From: Octopus sinensis
Lineage: Eukaryota
NCBI RefSeq assembly: GCF_006345805.1
Contig: NC_043001.1
Coordinates: forward strand, 113,894,001-113,958,000
Length of the DNA: 64,000 nucleotides
Reading direction: 5' to 3'
Shown here: one piece after another, positions 26,640 through 40,540 of the stretch
How positions within the stretch are numbered: position 1 is the stretch's first letter
Layout: each line of letters opens with the position of its first letter
The notes under the pieces: model-generated
Told to the model about the DNA's origin: nothing
Seen by the model: the letters and a program-made list of their open reading frames with translations, nothing else
Databases searched by the model: none
Translations under genes and position numbers: made by a program

Positions 26640-26833
26640 CTTTGAAATCTTAGCACAAGGACAGCAATTTCGGGGGAAGGATGAAGTGTTCAACTGATAT
26701 TTATTTTATCGAGCCTGAAAAGATAGAAGGCAAAGTCGACCTCAGTGGAATTTGAACTCAGAAGGTAAAGACGGACGAAATGTTGCTCACCATTTTGCGC
26801 GGCGTGCTAACGATTCAGCCACTTCTCCGCCTT
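26640..26833 (-). mobile_element. old-tail SINE family A
   Basis: GCACAAGGACAGCAATTTCGGGG...GGCAAAGTCGACCTCAGTGGAATTTGAACTCAG...CGGCGTGCTAACGATTC. Confidence 0.8.
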
Positions 26834-28833
26834 TTCAGCATATTAATATATTGATAATGTCACGTAGGGAGATACTCTGACATTCTTTCAAATGTACAAA
26901 ACTTTCAATCAATGTTGTGTCATTTATTTCTGAAGTCATAAAATCATAAATAATTACTTCAGGGCAAAGAGTTAATCAAATAATAAAAATATTATTTATG
27001 CGTTGAATTTATTCTATTCGAAAGCAATTTTTATTGCCTGCCAGTTATGTTTGGAAAATAGACTTCGCATTTCATCCTTTCGGGGTCGATTAAATAATTA
27101 CCAGTTATGCACTGGGGTTGATATAATCGACTTCCTTTCCATTCATGAGGTAAGTTATCTCTAAATTCTTTCTACCATTTAGTCTATAAAATATATAAAA
27201 AGCGATATTTAACTTTTCAAGCCTGGTTGTCCGTGTACCATTTTGGAAACATCATAAATAGGCCAAAAATTAATTCAAACATCTTTTTGGATAAGTGATT
27301 GGTGATACATCTCCAAATGTGCAGTTGCCTATTTAAACCAATGACATTTCAGAAGAAAACAGAATGTCAAGGAATGATATTACTAACGTGTTCTTGACAA
27401 AAGCATCGTAGATTCGTATTTCAGAAATCCTTGCTACACTGGTAGCAATAGATAATATATTAAATTTTACATCAATCAAATTGAATTATGTTATATTATC
27501 AACACATTTATGCTCCAAGCTCCGATATTGCGTGTAAGCAATTTATGTGCAACTCTGCCTGTATTATGTATCAACGTGCATGTTTTTGATATTATTTATT
27601 AAAAAATACAATAAAAGTTGACTAAGTACAATAATTTCTTCGCTTATACTTATCGAGGAATTTGAATTTCTTCTAACATACAGATCAATAACTGAGTTAC
27701 TCAGTGGCCTTTCGTCTTTCTTATACTGTCTTAAAAACTGAATCCTATCTGGTTTGATAAAGAAGATATCTGAAGAAAATTTGACGGCTGCAATTCGACA
27801 AAATCGCTCAAGGTTGGCCCACGGGTAAACAACAATAAAAAAAAGGACAACGGCAGTAATATCAATGACGTCATCGTCATAAACAACAACGACAACAATA
27901 GCAACATCAGAAGAAGCCTCTATGGTATCTCTGAGATTGGTAGAAGTAGCATCCAAATCTCCCTAGTAACACATTCTGCCTTCGAAAAAAGGGAAGTAAA
28001 CATTGTCAAAGACAGAGTTATCCCTCCAAAAACTGGAATGGTCTTCACAGGAGTGCATCTTATCGAGCTACATCTGGAACTAAATGATAGCAACCACAAT
28101 CACCAACAACAACAACAACACCAACACCACCACAACCACCACCACCACCACCACCACCACAACCATAACAATATCAACAATACACTAATACATTAATTTA
28201 CGTATTCAATTAGGAAATATCGGCATTTTAAACGTAATACATTTACATATGCAAATACATCTAAAAGAAAATGTACTACATTCCATATATGTTTGAAACA
28301 AATTGTAATACACGTACAAAGCTATGATAAGGTGAGGCATTTTGGAATAAATGCGGATATTTAACGATTATTATTTTATTTACTTTTTTAAACAGATAAA
28401 AGTTTTAATACACTTAACGACATAGCTGACTTTTATTTACATTTGTGTTTAGACCTCCAAATATTTACTGCTTATATTAATATATACCTTTGTCTCTCTC
28501 TCTATATATATATTTATATTTATATAAAAAAATGTTTGTCTCTGCGTGTAAATAGATATATGTTAATAGCTATCTTTTCTATTTTTGCACTACAACTATT
28601 AGTTTCATTCTAATGTGGCTCTTTATGTAATGTAGGGATAAAGTTTACTTTTCTTTCTTTATATTCTAAATCTTTTAAAACATAATTTTTAAAGACTCAC
28701 TAAAGTAGGAATAATAGTTCCAAATTACCTGAAGAGCCATACGACTGCATAATAGTTTGAAGGAGGAATATCCAGCTATTTACAAAATATACATTTGAGA
28801 TCGCTTTAAGTAAACATGCTTTTCATTCGTATC

Positions 28834-28873
<40 letters not shown>

Positions 28874-29121
28874 CATATCTCTATTTCTCTCCCTCTCACT
28901 GCAGACACATACATGCGCATGCGCAGAGATTTTGTTTATTTTGCGGTTACAGAATATGAGAGTGTTCCATACAACTTAATATTAGAAGCGAGTTGTGTCT
29001 TAGTTGTGTTCAATCCATGGCAGATAAATAGAAATTCTTGTTCACCTCACGTAAACAAACTTAGATACGTACATCGGCAAACTCATTACATAAACTGTTG
29101 GTGTATGTGCATTTGTGACTA

Positions 29122-29191
<70 letters not shown>

Positions 29192-29784
29192 ACGTGTGAG
29201 GATAACAAGTATACAACATGCAAACATATTCAAACGTCTATAATTCTCTATCACTTCTCTCTATAATATGTTTGTATTTACACACGCATCTATGGAATGC
29301 TTGTATGGCTTTCACCAAAACGCCTCACAATCTGTGTTGGTTTGTTTATGTTCCTGTAGAATGTGAGAGGAAGGTGTTGCCCAATCATGGCCGCAATCTA
29401 ATGACTGATAATAGTGAAAGTAAAGATAATGTTAAAAGATAATATGAATTAGTATTAATTTATGTGAGTAGTTTTTCTGCTGCTTGGAAGATGTGTGGCA
29501 AACTGGAGTAATGTACCTGAAATTACAATCTCGTATCAATTATGTAAATTCAACAGATTTAAGTACATTGATCCATGTGCTCTGTACATATACTAGTTTT
29601 AAATTTTGACACAATGTTGTGTGGACACTCCCAGACGATGAAGTAGGCTAGCCCAATACGTTGATATAGAGGGAGAAGTCTAGACATCGGGAGCTGCGTA
29701 GAGGTCATCGGAACGTGCGATATTACAGTGGCGACGAGGATGAGATGCTCACACAGCCACTGTGTACGTTTGCGATATAACACA

Positions 29785-30192
29785 CAAGAACAGCAATTTC
29801 GTGGGTTTGTTGGAGTTCAATCGATCTCATCGACTGGCACTTATTCTATCGAACCCCAGTGATGAAAGGCAAAGTGGATCGCAGCAGAATTTGAACCCAG
29901 CTGGTAAAGATGGACAAAATGTCGCGAAGTATTTTACCTGGCGTGCAAACGATTCTACCAGCTCGCTGCCGTAGTTTGCACGCATTTTGGCTTGAAATTT
30001 TGGCACACATCTAGCAATTTTGGGGGGGCAGGGTGTAAGTTGATTATATCGGTCTCAATACTCAGCTTTTGTTTATTTCATTCTACCTCGCGAGTATGAA
30101 AGGCAAAGTCGGCACCTGAAATCAGAACGACGGTCGAAATGTCGCTAAGCCTTTTTCCCGGAGCGGTAGTGATTCTGGCAGCTCACCACCTT
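29785..30192 (-). mobile_element. two tandem diverged old-tail SINE A copies
   Basis: GATGAAAGGCAAAGT core and GATTCTACCAGCTCGCTGCC / GATTCTGGCAGCTCACCACCTT heads. Confidence 0.7.
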
Positions 30193-31572
30193 AGTCTGTA
30201 CGTATATTAAGGTGATACGAACAATTAGAGCTTCTTCTCTTTTTTCAATTTCGATTAATTGGATTACCGTCTACTTCCTACACATACAGATCTAGGAATG
30301 TAAACGTTATTCTACTAACGCTCCATTCCCACCCTCCCAACCATTTACTGCAAGCAAAACAGCACATGCATTTACAAACCCCTGCAATACTACCCATACA
30401 CATACACACATATATGTTCATAACCTCTCACACAAACACACACATATTATGTTTTGGCTAATTTATTTAAGCAACCGCTCATCATATTTACCAACGGTGG
30501 AATGCTATTTTGCGCCGAACGGTTTTAATTCGCTTGATAAAATTTTGCAATTATATCGAACGGTATGGTGAACATCAAAAGCCGTTCTGTTAAATTCAGA
30601 GAACAATTGCACTGTTGCTCTTTCAATGAAAATAAATAAAATATTTTCAAGTGTTGTTATTTGAATAAAACCAAAAAATGTATGGAATAGCAACAACAAC
30701 AACAAAAATCGTGTTTAAGAACCGTTGCTTTGAAGAGCTAATATTCTACACTCGTTTGATGAAGTATCTCAGAATCACTTCAGATGTTTCCAATTCTATT
30801 ATTAAAACACTACGATTTACAACAAATCATAAGCATTACTGGCAAATTTTATTTTTCTGATTTAACATCCAAGTGAAAATACATTTAAACCTACATAAAA
30901 TTTAGAAAAACCTCTTGTTGAAAATATCTGTGGAATGTCAGTAAAATGTGTAAGATTTCCGAACAGAATTTACAGATTGCTCTCATAATAAATTATTAAT
31001 CCTTCGTAAACCTTTCTTCTATTTCCTAGTTACTATATCTTTACTAAGTAACGGCAATAGTCATGGAAGCTTAGAGTCTTTAATTAGATGCTCGTTATGC
31101 AAGAGTCTGATTAATTAGTAATGTTTCACTGCTCTTCTCAAGCACACTGCTCGTGATATGATAAATGATTAATTTTGAATCTTGCAAAGATGTAAAAACG
31201 GTAAGAATATAATAAACACAAATCACGAAAAAAACCAAAAAGACAAAGAAATAGAACAAAACTAAACAGGATAAACCATCTGATAAGAGTGGCATAATGA
31301 AATGATTGGGTTTGGTATTTCTAATTAACCATCAAAAAGTATTGGTTAGTTTGTGGTGTAATTTCACCGGAGGAATATCTTTCTACTGGATAGCAAAATA
31401 ATTTTTTGAATAGAAGTGATTCTTGTAGTGACACATCTTTAATGTGAAATCCGGGGCAACAGGAATCAGTTGTAACGTAGAAAATAACTTCACAGTTCGG
31501 GCCTGAGACAGTCAGCAATTTATAAATAGAGAGCAGTATGTGTCTGAGACAGAGAGAGAAAGAGAGAGAGAG

Positions 31573-31654
<82 letters not shown>

Positions 31655-34324
31655 TTGTGCTATGTTTGTACAATCGGAATACTCGAGTCTACAGCGACGG
31701 CTTCAACCTTAAACCAAAAAATAGGAATTAACATCCTGTATTCACTTTTAGTAACCGTAAAAACAATTGATTCGTAAATTTAGAAATTAAAACTTTTATA
31801 AAAAAAAAAAGAAGACAACAACACACATCGAAGGTTTCATTATTTGTTTCAGTATGGGGACTCAATGGTTATATATAATCTATTGAGGTCATTGCAAGGA
31901 TACGCGGAACAGACACTTCTAAACTATTATGATAAAATTAGCGTTGCCAATACAAGCTAACTAGAAATATATATGGGATGATATATATATATATATATAT
32001 ATGAATTCTATATTTTTAGTATAATTATTTTTATATGAGCAAAGGCAGAAAACTACCTGAAAAAATAAAGCGGCCGAGAAAATATCTAGCAATTTTAACG
32101 CTTCTTGATGCTCTCAGTTCAAATCCTAACGATGTCGCTGGTGTGCTTCATCTCTCCGATGTCCATAAGATGTACAATTCATGCAGTGGTATCGATGTAA
32201 TATAAAAATGTAATCTCCTGAAATCTTCTAGCTTTACAAACAGTTATTTCAGCAACCATGAGAGGTGGATAAAATCAGTTTTGAATTTCATTATGAACTT
32301 ATCATTGAAGTGTAGGCTTCATTGTATTCGCCAAAGTGGTGACGGAATATTCACTGATAGATTTATAATAACGTATCCTAAAAAGCGTGAAGAAATGTAA
32401 AATAATGTAAGAAATAGAAGATGCAATTCTAAAGAAGTTAATTATTGATTAAGTTGTTTACATTAATGAAATTAACAACAAAATTAAAGATTTTACATTA
32501 TATTAGATAGGAGGTTTATACTATGTAGGACTAAATGATCGAACATGTGTTCACAAACATTGGAGTTACGACCGACGTAATTCTTTTTATCTGGTTGCAA
32601 TATCTGGAATGTGGAACGATTTCGTTGGCTCATAAACGCTAATTGTTTTTATGAAGAAAAAATTAATTTGTACTAAATATGTGAAACCATGAATACAAAA
32701 TAGTTATTTGAATACAAGATACAGAAATTCAGGCGTAAAAAGATAAACACGCATACACATTCGCACATTTTAAGCCTGGCTTTTGAATCGACTTGGTTAT
32801 ATCAGTATGATACAGAGAAGCTTTAAATAAGATGATAGCTACATTACATACCACCAGTTTTCCCCTTCATATACAATTAACTGTATTCTCCTGCAATGTT
32901 CCAGGCGAATACAATTATAAATACATACGAAGCGTCGGTAGAGTTTAAAGTTGAAGATATTTAGTGTGTCGTATAATTGAAAGCGTGTTTCGTTAGCTTA
33001 GATTCCTGATGAAAACCCACAATTCCATGTAGACCTGAACAATTAGCAACAGAGAAACACTTTTGATACATCATCCCATTCTTCGAATTTCCTTCTCCCC
33101 TTGCAGAAGCGCAGAATACTAACGTTTGTGTGTGCTGGAAGACATTTCGTCCTGTGTAAATGATTGATATGTCTGCGCAGGCTAGAGGATATAATTAGCA
33201 AATTGCTGAAATGTGTGCACATAAATACATACATGCATACATGCATACATACCTACATACATACATACTGCATACATACGCACATATATGTATGTATATG
33301 TAGACTCATGTATTTCTATATGTATACAAAAGAAGTGTGAATGATATGCACATATATATATATGTATACATGTATACACATGCACAAGCGTATATATGTT
33401 TGTAAATGCTTGTGTGGATATGTGAGTATAGGTATCTGTATATGCGTATGTCTATATGTAAACGTATTGGAGCAATAGAAGTGATAGCGATGTAGTATGA
33501 CATTTAAATACAATTAGCCATTAGTTGTTGAGACAGCATTAGAAGATCCAGTCGCATAGCAAAACTAGATTCAACTATCTAGTTATAACTAAGAACAGTA
33601 ATTCTACCGATGACCAAAACTCACAAATGAACTCCTGTTGAACACTTAAACAACCTAACAAAACACACAGTGCATATTACTACATTGTGTTCTTTCGTGA
33701 TAATGATGTTATTTGGAAGTCAAAAGTAAGTGAATATTGATGCCAAATTTCAATTCAGAACCTCATATTAGTTATAGAGCAAGTGGGACCAGAAGGAAAT
33801 GAGCTGTGATCTGGTTAGCGCGGCTGACTCACCACCATCTGGATGTTATATGATGCAGTTCAGAGTCAAAACCGAATGGAAATTGGACACTTGTCTATTG
33901 ACATCATTACTTCCAGGTCAATGGAAAGAAAACACCTTCTTTTCGATGTAATTAATTTAATTGTAGAGATATAACGATGTGTGTTAAATACCAGTTGATT
34001 TCAACTTTCATTTCGCTAGTTAGTTGTAAACGCAGCGAACGCGTGCAGAGTTTACACGCTGTTTGAACAAAATCGTTGGCTACCTTTGATGGAGTTTACG
34101 CTGTTGTAAAGAAGCGGTCCAAATTTTCATCCAGAATATAGACTATGAGTCGAGTGTCATGACCAACTTCATAGAAATGACAAACAATTCTGAGCGTCTC
34201 CTTTATTTATCTGATTCTATCTCAAACACCAATTCATTGACTGGTAGTTGAAGAGCTCATGTTTTCCTTTACTGATCTCTGAGAATCTATTGAGAAATGC
34301 CAATGCTTCCTATAAATAAATAAT

Positions 34325-34530
34325 GATTTCAAATTTTGACACAAGGCCAGCAGTTTCAGACGATAGGTAAGTCAAATTACAACGACCCCAGTGTTCAAAT
34401 ACTACTTACTTTATCGATCCCGAAACGATGAAAGTCAATGGCGACCACGGGCAAATTTGAACTCAGAACAGACGAAATGTCACTAAATATTTTGTCCTGC
34501 AATAAAATGATACTGCCTTCTCGTCGCCTT
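34325..34530 (-). mobile_element. old-tail SINE family A
   Basis: TTTCAAATTTTGACACAAGGCCAGC...ATCGATCCCGAAACGATGAAAG...TTTGAACTCAGAAC. Confidence 0.7.
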
Positions 34531-35219
34531 AGCAGTACTGAATATTGGAAACCCGAATAATTTAGTTAGCTGAAATTTTCTGAGATTGATATCTTCTTAC
34601 GTGCTAACATTACAAAAGAAACAGAATATATAACTAGATGTTATGAAATTTGAATATTATATATTGATATTATTAAACTAAATACATTTACTGAGTGACA
34701 AGATACGTAGACCTTTTCACATATGCATAAACTGACTGAAAGACCGAAGTATTAACGTGTAACCTTGGTATCGTATATATCCATAAGAATGTGAAGTGAC
34801 AAGACATATTTGTTATAAGTGGGCCTTATTTCAGAAGCATATGTCTTTGCGATAGAAATGTATCAAATATTTCTAGACTGCCAGTAGCTAAACTGTTTCC
34901 CAAACTTCTTAAATGTAAGTAGTAATAATAATGATAATGATGAATAAAATGATGATGATGTTGATGTTGATGATGAGGATGATAGTCGTTTCTGACTTAA
35001 CAAAAGCATATATATATATATACATAAGAACAGTCCTAGGATTTAGAAATATGTCTAAGACAGGAAGCATAGCACTGCGAGGCATTTGCACACTTGTTGC
35101 GTAAGGTATTTCAGTACGTTAAAATTGACGAAGCCAAACAAAGCACTGCACATACTCAAGGCGAGCAAAACTGCGTTCGGTGATGCAGTGAAAGACAGAA
35201 TTAAACATAAAAACAATTT

Positions 35220-35348
35220 GATGATGATGATTATGATAATGATGATGATGATGATGATGATGATGATGGTGGGGTGGTGGTGGTGGTGGTGGTGGTGGTG
35301 GTGATGGTGGTGGTGGTGGTGGTGGTGGTGGTGGTGGTGGTGGTGGTG
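35220..35348. repeat. (GAT)n-(GGT)n array
   Basis: direct reading. Confidence 0.95.
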
Positions 35349-35539
35349 CACTGGAAACTTTGTTGTTAGATAAAGATTGATATAAAATTTTACGTTTGAA
35401 TTATCGTTAATGCATAGCAAATGTATAGTGATATTCACTACTAGATACGCTTTATTATTTTTCACATCCTCAGATACAGTGAATTGTTTACTTAAAGCTG
35501 ACACTAATTCTTTAAATGCTGAAATAAACATCATTTACC

Positions 35540-35767
35540 TATTTCTTTACTACCCACAAGGGGGCTAAACGGAGAGAGGACAAACAAGGACAGACAAACA
35601 GATTAAGTCGATTATATTGACCCCAGAGCGTAGCTGGTACTTATTTAATCGACCCCGAAAGGATGAAAGTGGACCTCGGCGGAATTTGAACTCAGAACGT
35701 AACGGCAGACGAAATACCGTTGAGCGTTTCACCCGGCGTGTTAACATTTCTGTCCGCTCGCCGCCTT
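35540..35767 (-). mobile_element. SINE family A, full length
   Basis: 12-bp TSD ACATCATTTACC at 35528 and 35768. Confidence 0.92.
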
Positions 35768-36226
35768 ACATCATTTACCGTTTAGTTTCTCTTTTTTATT
35801 ATCACTGGAAGTTTCTTTTTTTAAGATACCGAGAAGGGAAGGGCCAGTGTGTGATAGCATTTGCTGATTAACCTAGACTAATGAGATTTTTTTGTAGTTG
35901 TACTTCAGTTTTAAGTTTTGTTGGGCAATGTTCGTAGAATATTATAATTGTCTGGCAGATGGTATCAAATGGTTGCAGCTCCGGGAATGATGACTTGGAG
36001 AAGAATTTTAGTGAGGTCATGATAGATAGGTGGGGTGATCACTGGAGCTGAGGCTGTTTTAACAGCTTATAACAAAGTCGTAGAGAATAAACAGCGGTGT
36101 CTATGAAATTAATTGTTGATAGATTGCTGAAGTGTATCGTTCACTTAGTCTCTGTTGAGAAGACTAATGGCGACTTTTATATGCGATCTCAAATGTTTGA
36201 GTGTGTTTGAGCTGATATGGATCTCA

Positions 36227-36463
36227 GAAAAGGCGGTGAGCTGGCAGAGACGTTAGCACGCCGGGCGAAATGCGTAGCCGTATTTCGTCTGTCGTTACGC
36301 TCTGAGTTCAAATTCCGCCGAGGTCGACTTTGCCTTTCATCCTTTCGGGGTCGATAAATTAAGTACCAGTTACGCACTGGCGTTGATATAACCGACTTAA
36401 TCCGTTTGTCTGTCCTTGTTTGTCCCCTCTGTGTTTAGCCCCCTTGTGAGTTGTAAAGAAATA
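36227..36463 (+). mobile_element. SINE family A, full length
   Basis: 13-bp TSD GATATGGATCTCA at 36214 and 36464. Confidence 0.93.
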
Positions 36464-36521
36464 GATATGGATCTCATTTGTGCTTTTCAACTAGAATTTC
36501 TTGGCTCGAAATAAGAATTCG

Positions 36522-36882
36522 TTTACTCTTTTATTCTTTTACTTGTTTTAATCATTTGACTATGGCCATGCTGGAGCATCACTTTAAAGGGTTTTAGTTG
36601 AACATACCGACTCCAAGATTTATTCGTTGTAAGCCTAGTACTTATTCTATCGGTTCTCCTTTGCCGAAGCGCTAGAATACGGGGACATAAACACACCAAC
36701 ATCGGTTGTCAAGCGATGGTGGGAGGACAAACACACACAAATACACACAGACACACACACACACACACACACACACATTCTCACACTCACACATATAATT
36801 ATTCGACGGACTTCTTTCATTTTCTGTCTACCAGATCCATTCACAAGGCTTTCGTCGGCCCGAGGCTATAGGAGAAGACACT
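36522..36882 (-). mobile_element. SINE family C, 5'-truncated
   Basis: reverse complement of the 11622-12032 body and tail. Confidence 0.85.
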
Positions 36883-37374
36883 AGTCACGCCTAGCACAGT
36901 TTTTTTCTCAAAGCAGGTTTAGCAATGGCGTGTGTGGAGCCGTCATGAGGCAGTAGTTTCGATGGTTTTGGTCATGTGTCATTCATGTCGTGACAGCACG
37001 GAACACAACGAATGTTCAGTGAGTGTTTCTTTGCTCTATTTGTAAAAAAAAGATTTGGCTGTCACGCATCCATTGAAAAATATCGTTTAGAACTAACTGT
37101 GTATTAGGTATAAGGTGTTTTGGATGAGTGAGGATCAAATCAGTGTGTTGAAAGTTACGCTAAGCATTTTGCCCGGTGTGCTAACGATTTTGCCAGCTTA
37201 TCACTCTTACGAATGATAAATATTGATTTATGAAATTATTATATCTTGAGGTGTTCGTGGGTGGTACATTAATAAAATAACTGTTAACAAATGCTGGATC
37301 TAGTTCCGGTCTGTCATATTCAGTCTAAAAAATAGATTGTTGCATAGTTACAGGCAATTATTATAAATTGCACT

Positions 37375-37585
37375 GATTTGGCAGAATCATTAGAGCATCG
37401 CAGAAAATGATTAGCTGCATTTCGTTCGGCTTTTTACCCTTTACGCTCAAATTTCACTGAGGTCGAATTTGATATTTATCCTTTTGGGTCGAGAACATAA
37501 AGAACCTGCCGGGTATCGGATTCAATGAGTTAACTTGCCCACCGCTTCACTAACATTTTTGGACTTGTGAAAAAATTTGAAAGAA
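37375..37585 (+). mobile_element. diverged old-tail SINE family A
   Basis: TTGGCAGAATCATTAG...GAGGTCGAATTTGATATTTATCCTTTTGGGTCG...AAATTTGAAA. Confidence 0.55.
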
Positions 37586-37951
37586 TTTTCATAAACTATC
37601 AATATATCACGTCCACTAATATTTGATCTAGTTTTCATGTCCGAATCGGTAATTTTTACAATTTCAAGGCCAGTGGATTGGTGGAAATGGCTTACATTAT
37701 TTAGTTACACCCTTCACACTGACTGTGGCATTCATCCTTCTAGATTCGACAAAATATAACCTAAACCAAGTACGATAATAGATCAAGCCATCTACGTCTT
37801 TTACACTCAAAACTCTTCTGCATCCGGCCACAGATGCAGAAGAGATTTGAGTAGAAAGGACGTTAGGAGAAATTATTAACAGAAGGACTCTAAATTTCGT
37901 ATGTCTCAATTATATGGTTGCATGAAACAGGAAAAAATACTAGAACTACTA

Positions 37952-38038
<87 letters not shown>

Positions 38039-38060
38039 TAATAATAATAATAATGAGAAA

Positions 38061-38126
<66 letters not shown>

Positions 38127-38127
<1 letters not shown>

Positions 38128-38682
38128 TGCCCTGATGCAGTACCAGGCAGTGGCTCCCATGGCTTCTGATCTTAACTGATTGGAAGTGTTATCATGTACA
38201 TTGTTTCGTCTTGGTATAAAAGATGGGCTGCAGCAAATATTCTGCTCAATACCACAGATTTGCTTGTCAGTTGTTTGACCTTAACCAGTTGAGCATGTCC
38301 CTTAGTGGCTGATGATATGTGCATCTCTGATCACGAGCAGAAGTAGTGGGGGAGCATCATAGCCATGTGTTGAGAGGGATTCTTTGGGGCTTGAATAATT
38401 CACTTCTGGAAACATGGGTGGTTCTTTCAACATCCTTAAACAACCCTTATTCAGGGACCTTTTGAGCGGGATGGGTTACTCAACCTGAAGAAAATTCTAA
38501 CTGGGCCCCACCTGCAAGGTCATGTGCTGTTTATCTTGATATGAGATCACCATGTCGCGCACATATGGTTGTGATGCATGTGCCTGGTGTACCTTTATCA
38601 GACGGGTAGTCATGATGTGTATATTGGGCTTCGTATATTTTACCCCAGTGTCACTTTGATGGCATGCACAGCTCTCTCACTC
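38127..38682 (+). mobile_element. ~555-bp non-coding repeat inserted in (TAA)n, copy 1
   Basis: Near-identical to 55293-55818; (AAT)n on both sides; both copies end in CTCACTC+(AAT)n. Confidence 0.85.
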
Positions 38683-38704
38683 AATAATAATAATAATAAT
38701 AATG

Positions 38705-38763
<59 letters not shown>

Positions 38764-38764
<1 letters not shown>

Positions 38765-38972
38765 CGTTCTATTGTAGGTACAAGATCAGAAATCTTGCGG
38801 GTGGGGTGTTGTCATTTAAATCGATCCCAGTGCTCACTGGTACTTGTATTAACTCCAGCAATTATGAAAAGTTGAGTCAACCTCAGTGATACATGAACTC
38901 AGAATGTGAAGACGGACGAAACACTGCCAAACATTTCGCCCGGCGTGCTGACGATTCTGCCAGCTCACCGCC

Positions 38973-38974
<2 letters not shown>
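38764..38974 (-). mobile_element. old-tail SINE A, locally duplicated (second copy at 39253-39464)
   Basis: About 5 differences in 211 bp, with shared private divergences from the other family A copies. Confidence 0.88.
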
Positions 38975-39020
<46 letters not shown>

Positions 39021-39033
39021 TAATAATAATAAT

Positions 39034-39228
39034 AACAAATACATAACAAAAACACCAGGACTTACAAACACATATAACATACAGAAAATTGCACTACTAG
39101 GCACTGCACACATCCTACGCAGAACACTTAACCATCAGAGCATCACAACAAATCACAGCACATACCCAAGGCACACAGAGCTGCGCTCGGTAGTGAAGTG
39201 AAAGCACGCTATAAAGATAAAACTACTG
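39034..39228 (+). mobile_element. 3' end of an R4/Dong-like LINE in (TAA)n
   Basis: KYITKTPGLTNTYNIQKIALLGTAHILRRTL is the typical R4-clade C-terminal IQK.aLLGTa.ILR motif; AAT repeats on both sides. Confidence 0.85.
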
Positions 39229-39252
39229 AATAATGAAGATAATGATAATAAT

Positions 39253-39464
39253 GCGTTCTATTGTAGGTACAAGATCAGAAATCTTGGGGGTGGTGTGTTG
39301 TCATTTAAATCGATCCCAGTGCTCACTGGTACTTGTATTAACTCCAGCAATTATGAAAAGTTGAGTCGACCTCAGTGATATATGAACTCAGAAATGTGAA
39401 GACGGACGAAACACTGCCAAACATTTCGCCCGGCGTGCTGACGATTCTGCCAGCTCACCGCCTT
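39253..39464 (-). mobile_element. duplicate of 38764-38974
   Basis: direct alignment. Confidence 0.88.
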
Positions 39465-40055
39465 AATAATAATAATGATAGTAATAACAGCAACGACAAC
39501 AGAACGAAAATGAAAATAAAATAAGAAATACAAGTTAGCAAATGATGATAATTCTAAAAAAGAAATATTCTGTTTTCACGAAGAGGGAGCATCTGATCAA
39601 TAAACAAATAATAAACTTTTAGTCAAAACAGTAAACTGTTTCGAATGAGTAACTTCTAGATAGCTAAACATACAAAGCGTTAAGCATACGAAGTCTCTTT
39701 AAAGCGAAAGAATAACGACGTATGAATAATATGTTAGCGTCATTTGGGACAAATATTCACTCTTCAATCACCATCAAAATACATGTATTGAACGGGAATA
39801 ATGCAAAATATCTCCAAAAATACTATTTTTCTTTATTTTTGGATATTTTTTTTTTTTTTTTTTTGCAAATCTCACAACGATGTTTTTTGTTTCGTTATGA
39901 ACGAAAATCTGTTCTTAGCAAACAAACTCAGTTGCTTTATATCCTGACTAATGGAAAAATTTTATGTCAGGAAATGCAATGGATGGCAAAACATTGGTAG
40001 GAAGCAACACAAAACCTTGTGTTCTGGTTAGAAATGCTCCTTCACATCCCGCTGA

Positions 40056-40092
40056 TTCTTCTTCTTCTTCTTCTTCTTCTTCTTCTTCTTCT

Positions 40093-40127
<35 letters not shown>

Positions 40128-40540
40128 TCCTCCTCCTTCTCCTCCTCCTCCTCCTTCTTCATAGTCCTCCTCCTTCTCCTCTTCCTCCCTCCTCTTCCTT
40201 CTTCCTATTCTTCTTCTTCTTCTTCTCCTCCTTCTCTTCCACCTCCTTCTTCATAGTCCTCCTCCTTCTCCTCCTTATTCTTCTCCTCTTTCTCCCTCCT
40301 GCTCCTTCTTCTTATTCTTCTTCTTCTTCCTATTCTTCTTCTACTTCTTCTTCTTCTTCTTCTTCTTCTCCTCCTCCTTCTCCTCCTCCTCCTCCTTCTT
40401 CATAGTCCTCCTCCTTCTCCTCCTTATTCTTCTCCTCTTTCTCCCTCCTCTCCTTCTTCTTCTTCTTCTTCTTCTTCTTCCTATTTTCTTCTTCTTCTTC
40501 TTCTTCTTCTTCTTCTTCTTCTTCTTCTTCTTCTTCTCTT
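40056..40540. repeat. (CTT/CCT)n polypyrimidine tract with a higher-order unit
   Basis: CCTCCTTCTTCATAGTCCTCCTCCTTCTCCTC recurs three times. Confidence 0.93.

Noticed and set aside
27564-27956. 130-aa minus-strand ORF
   Set aside because: Begins in a degenerate repeat or low-complexity stretch; no recognisable domain or convincing splice pair.
28914-28925. Perfect NRF1-type TGCGCATGCGCA site
   Set aside because: Lies in alternating purine-pyrimidine microsatellite context with no promoter features.
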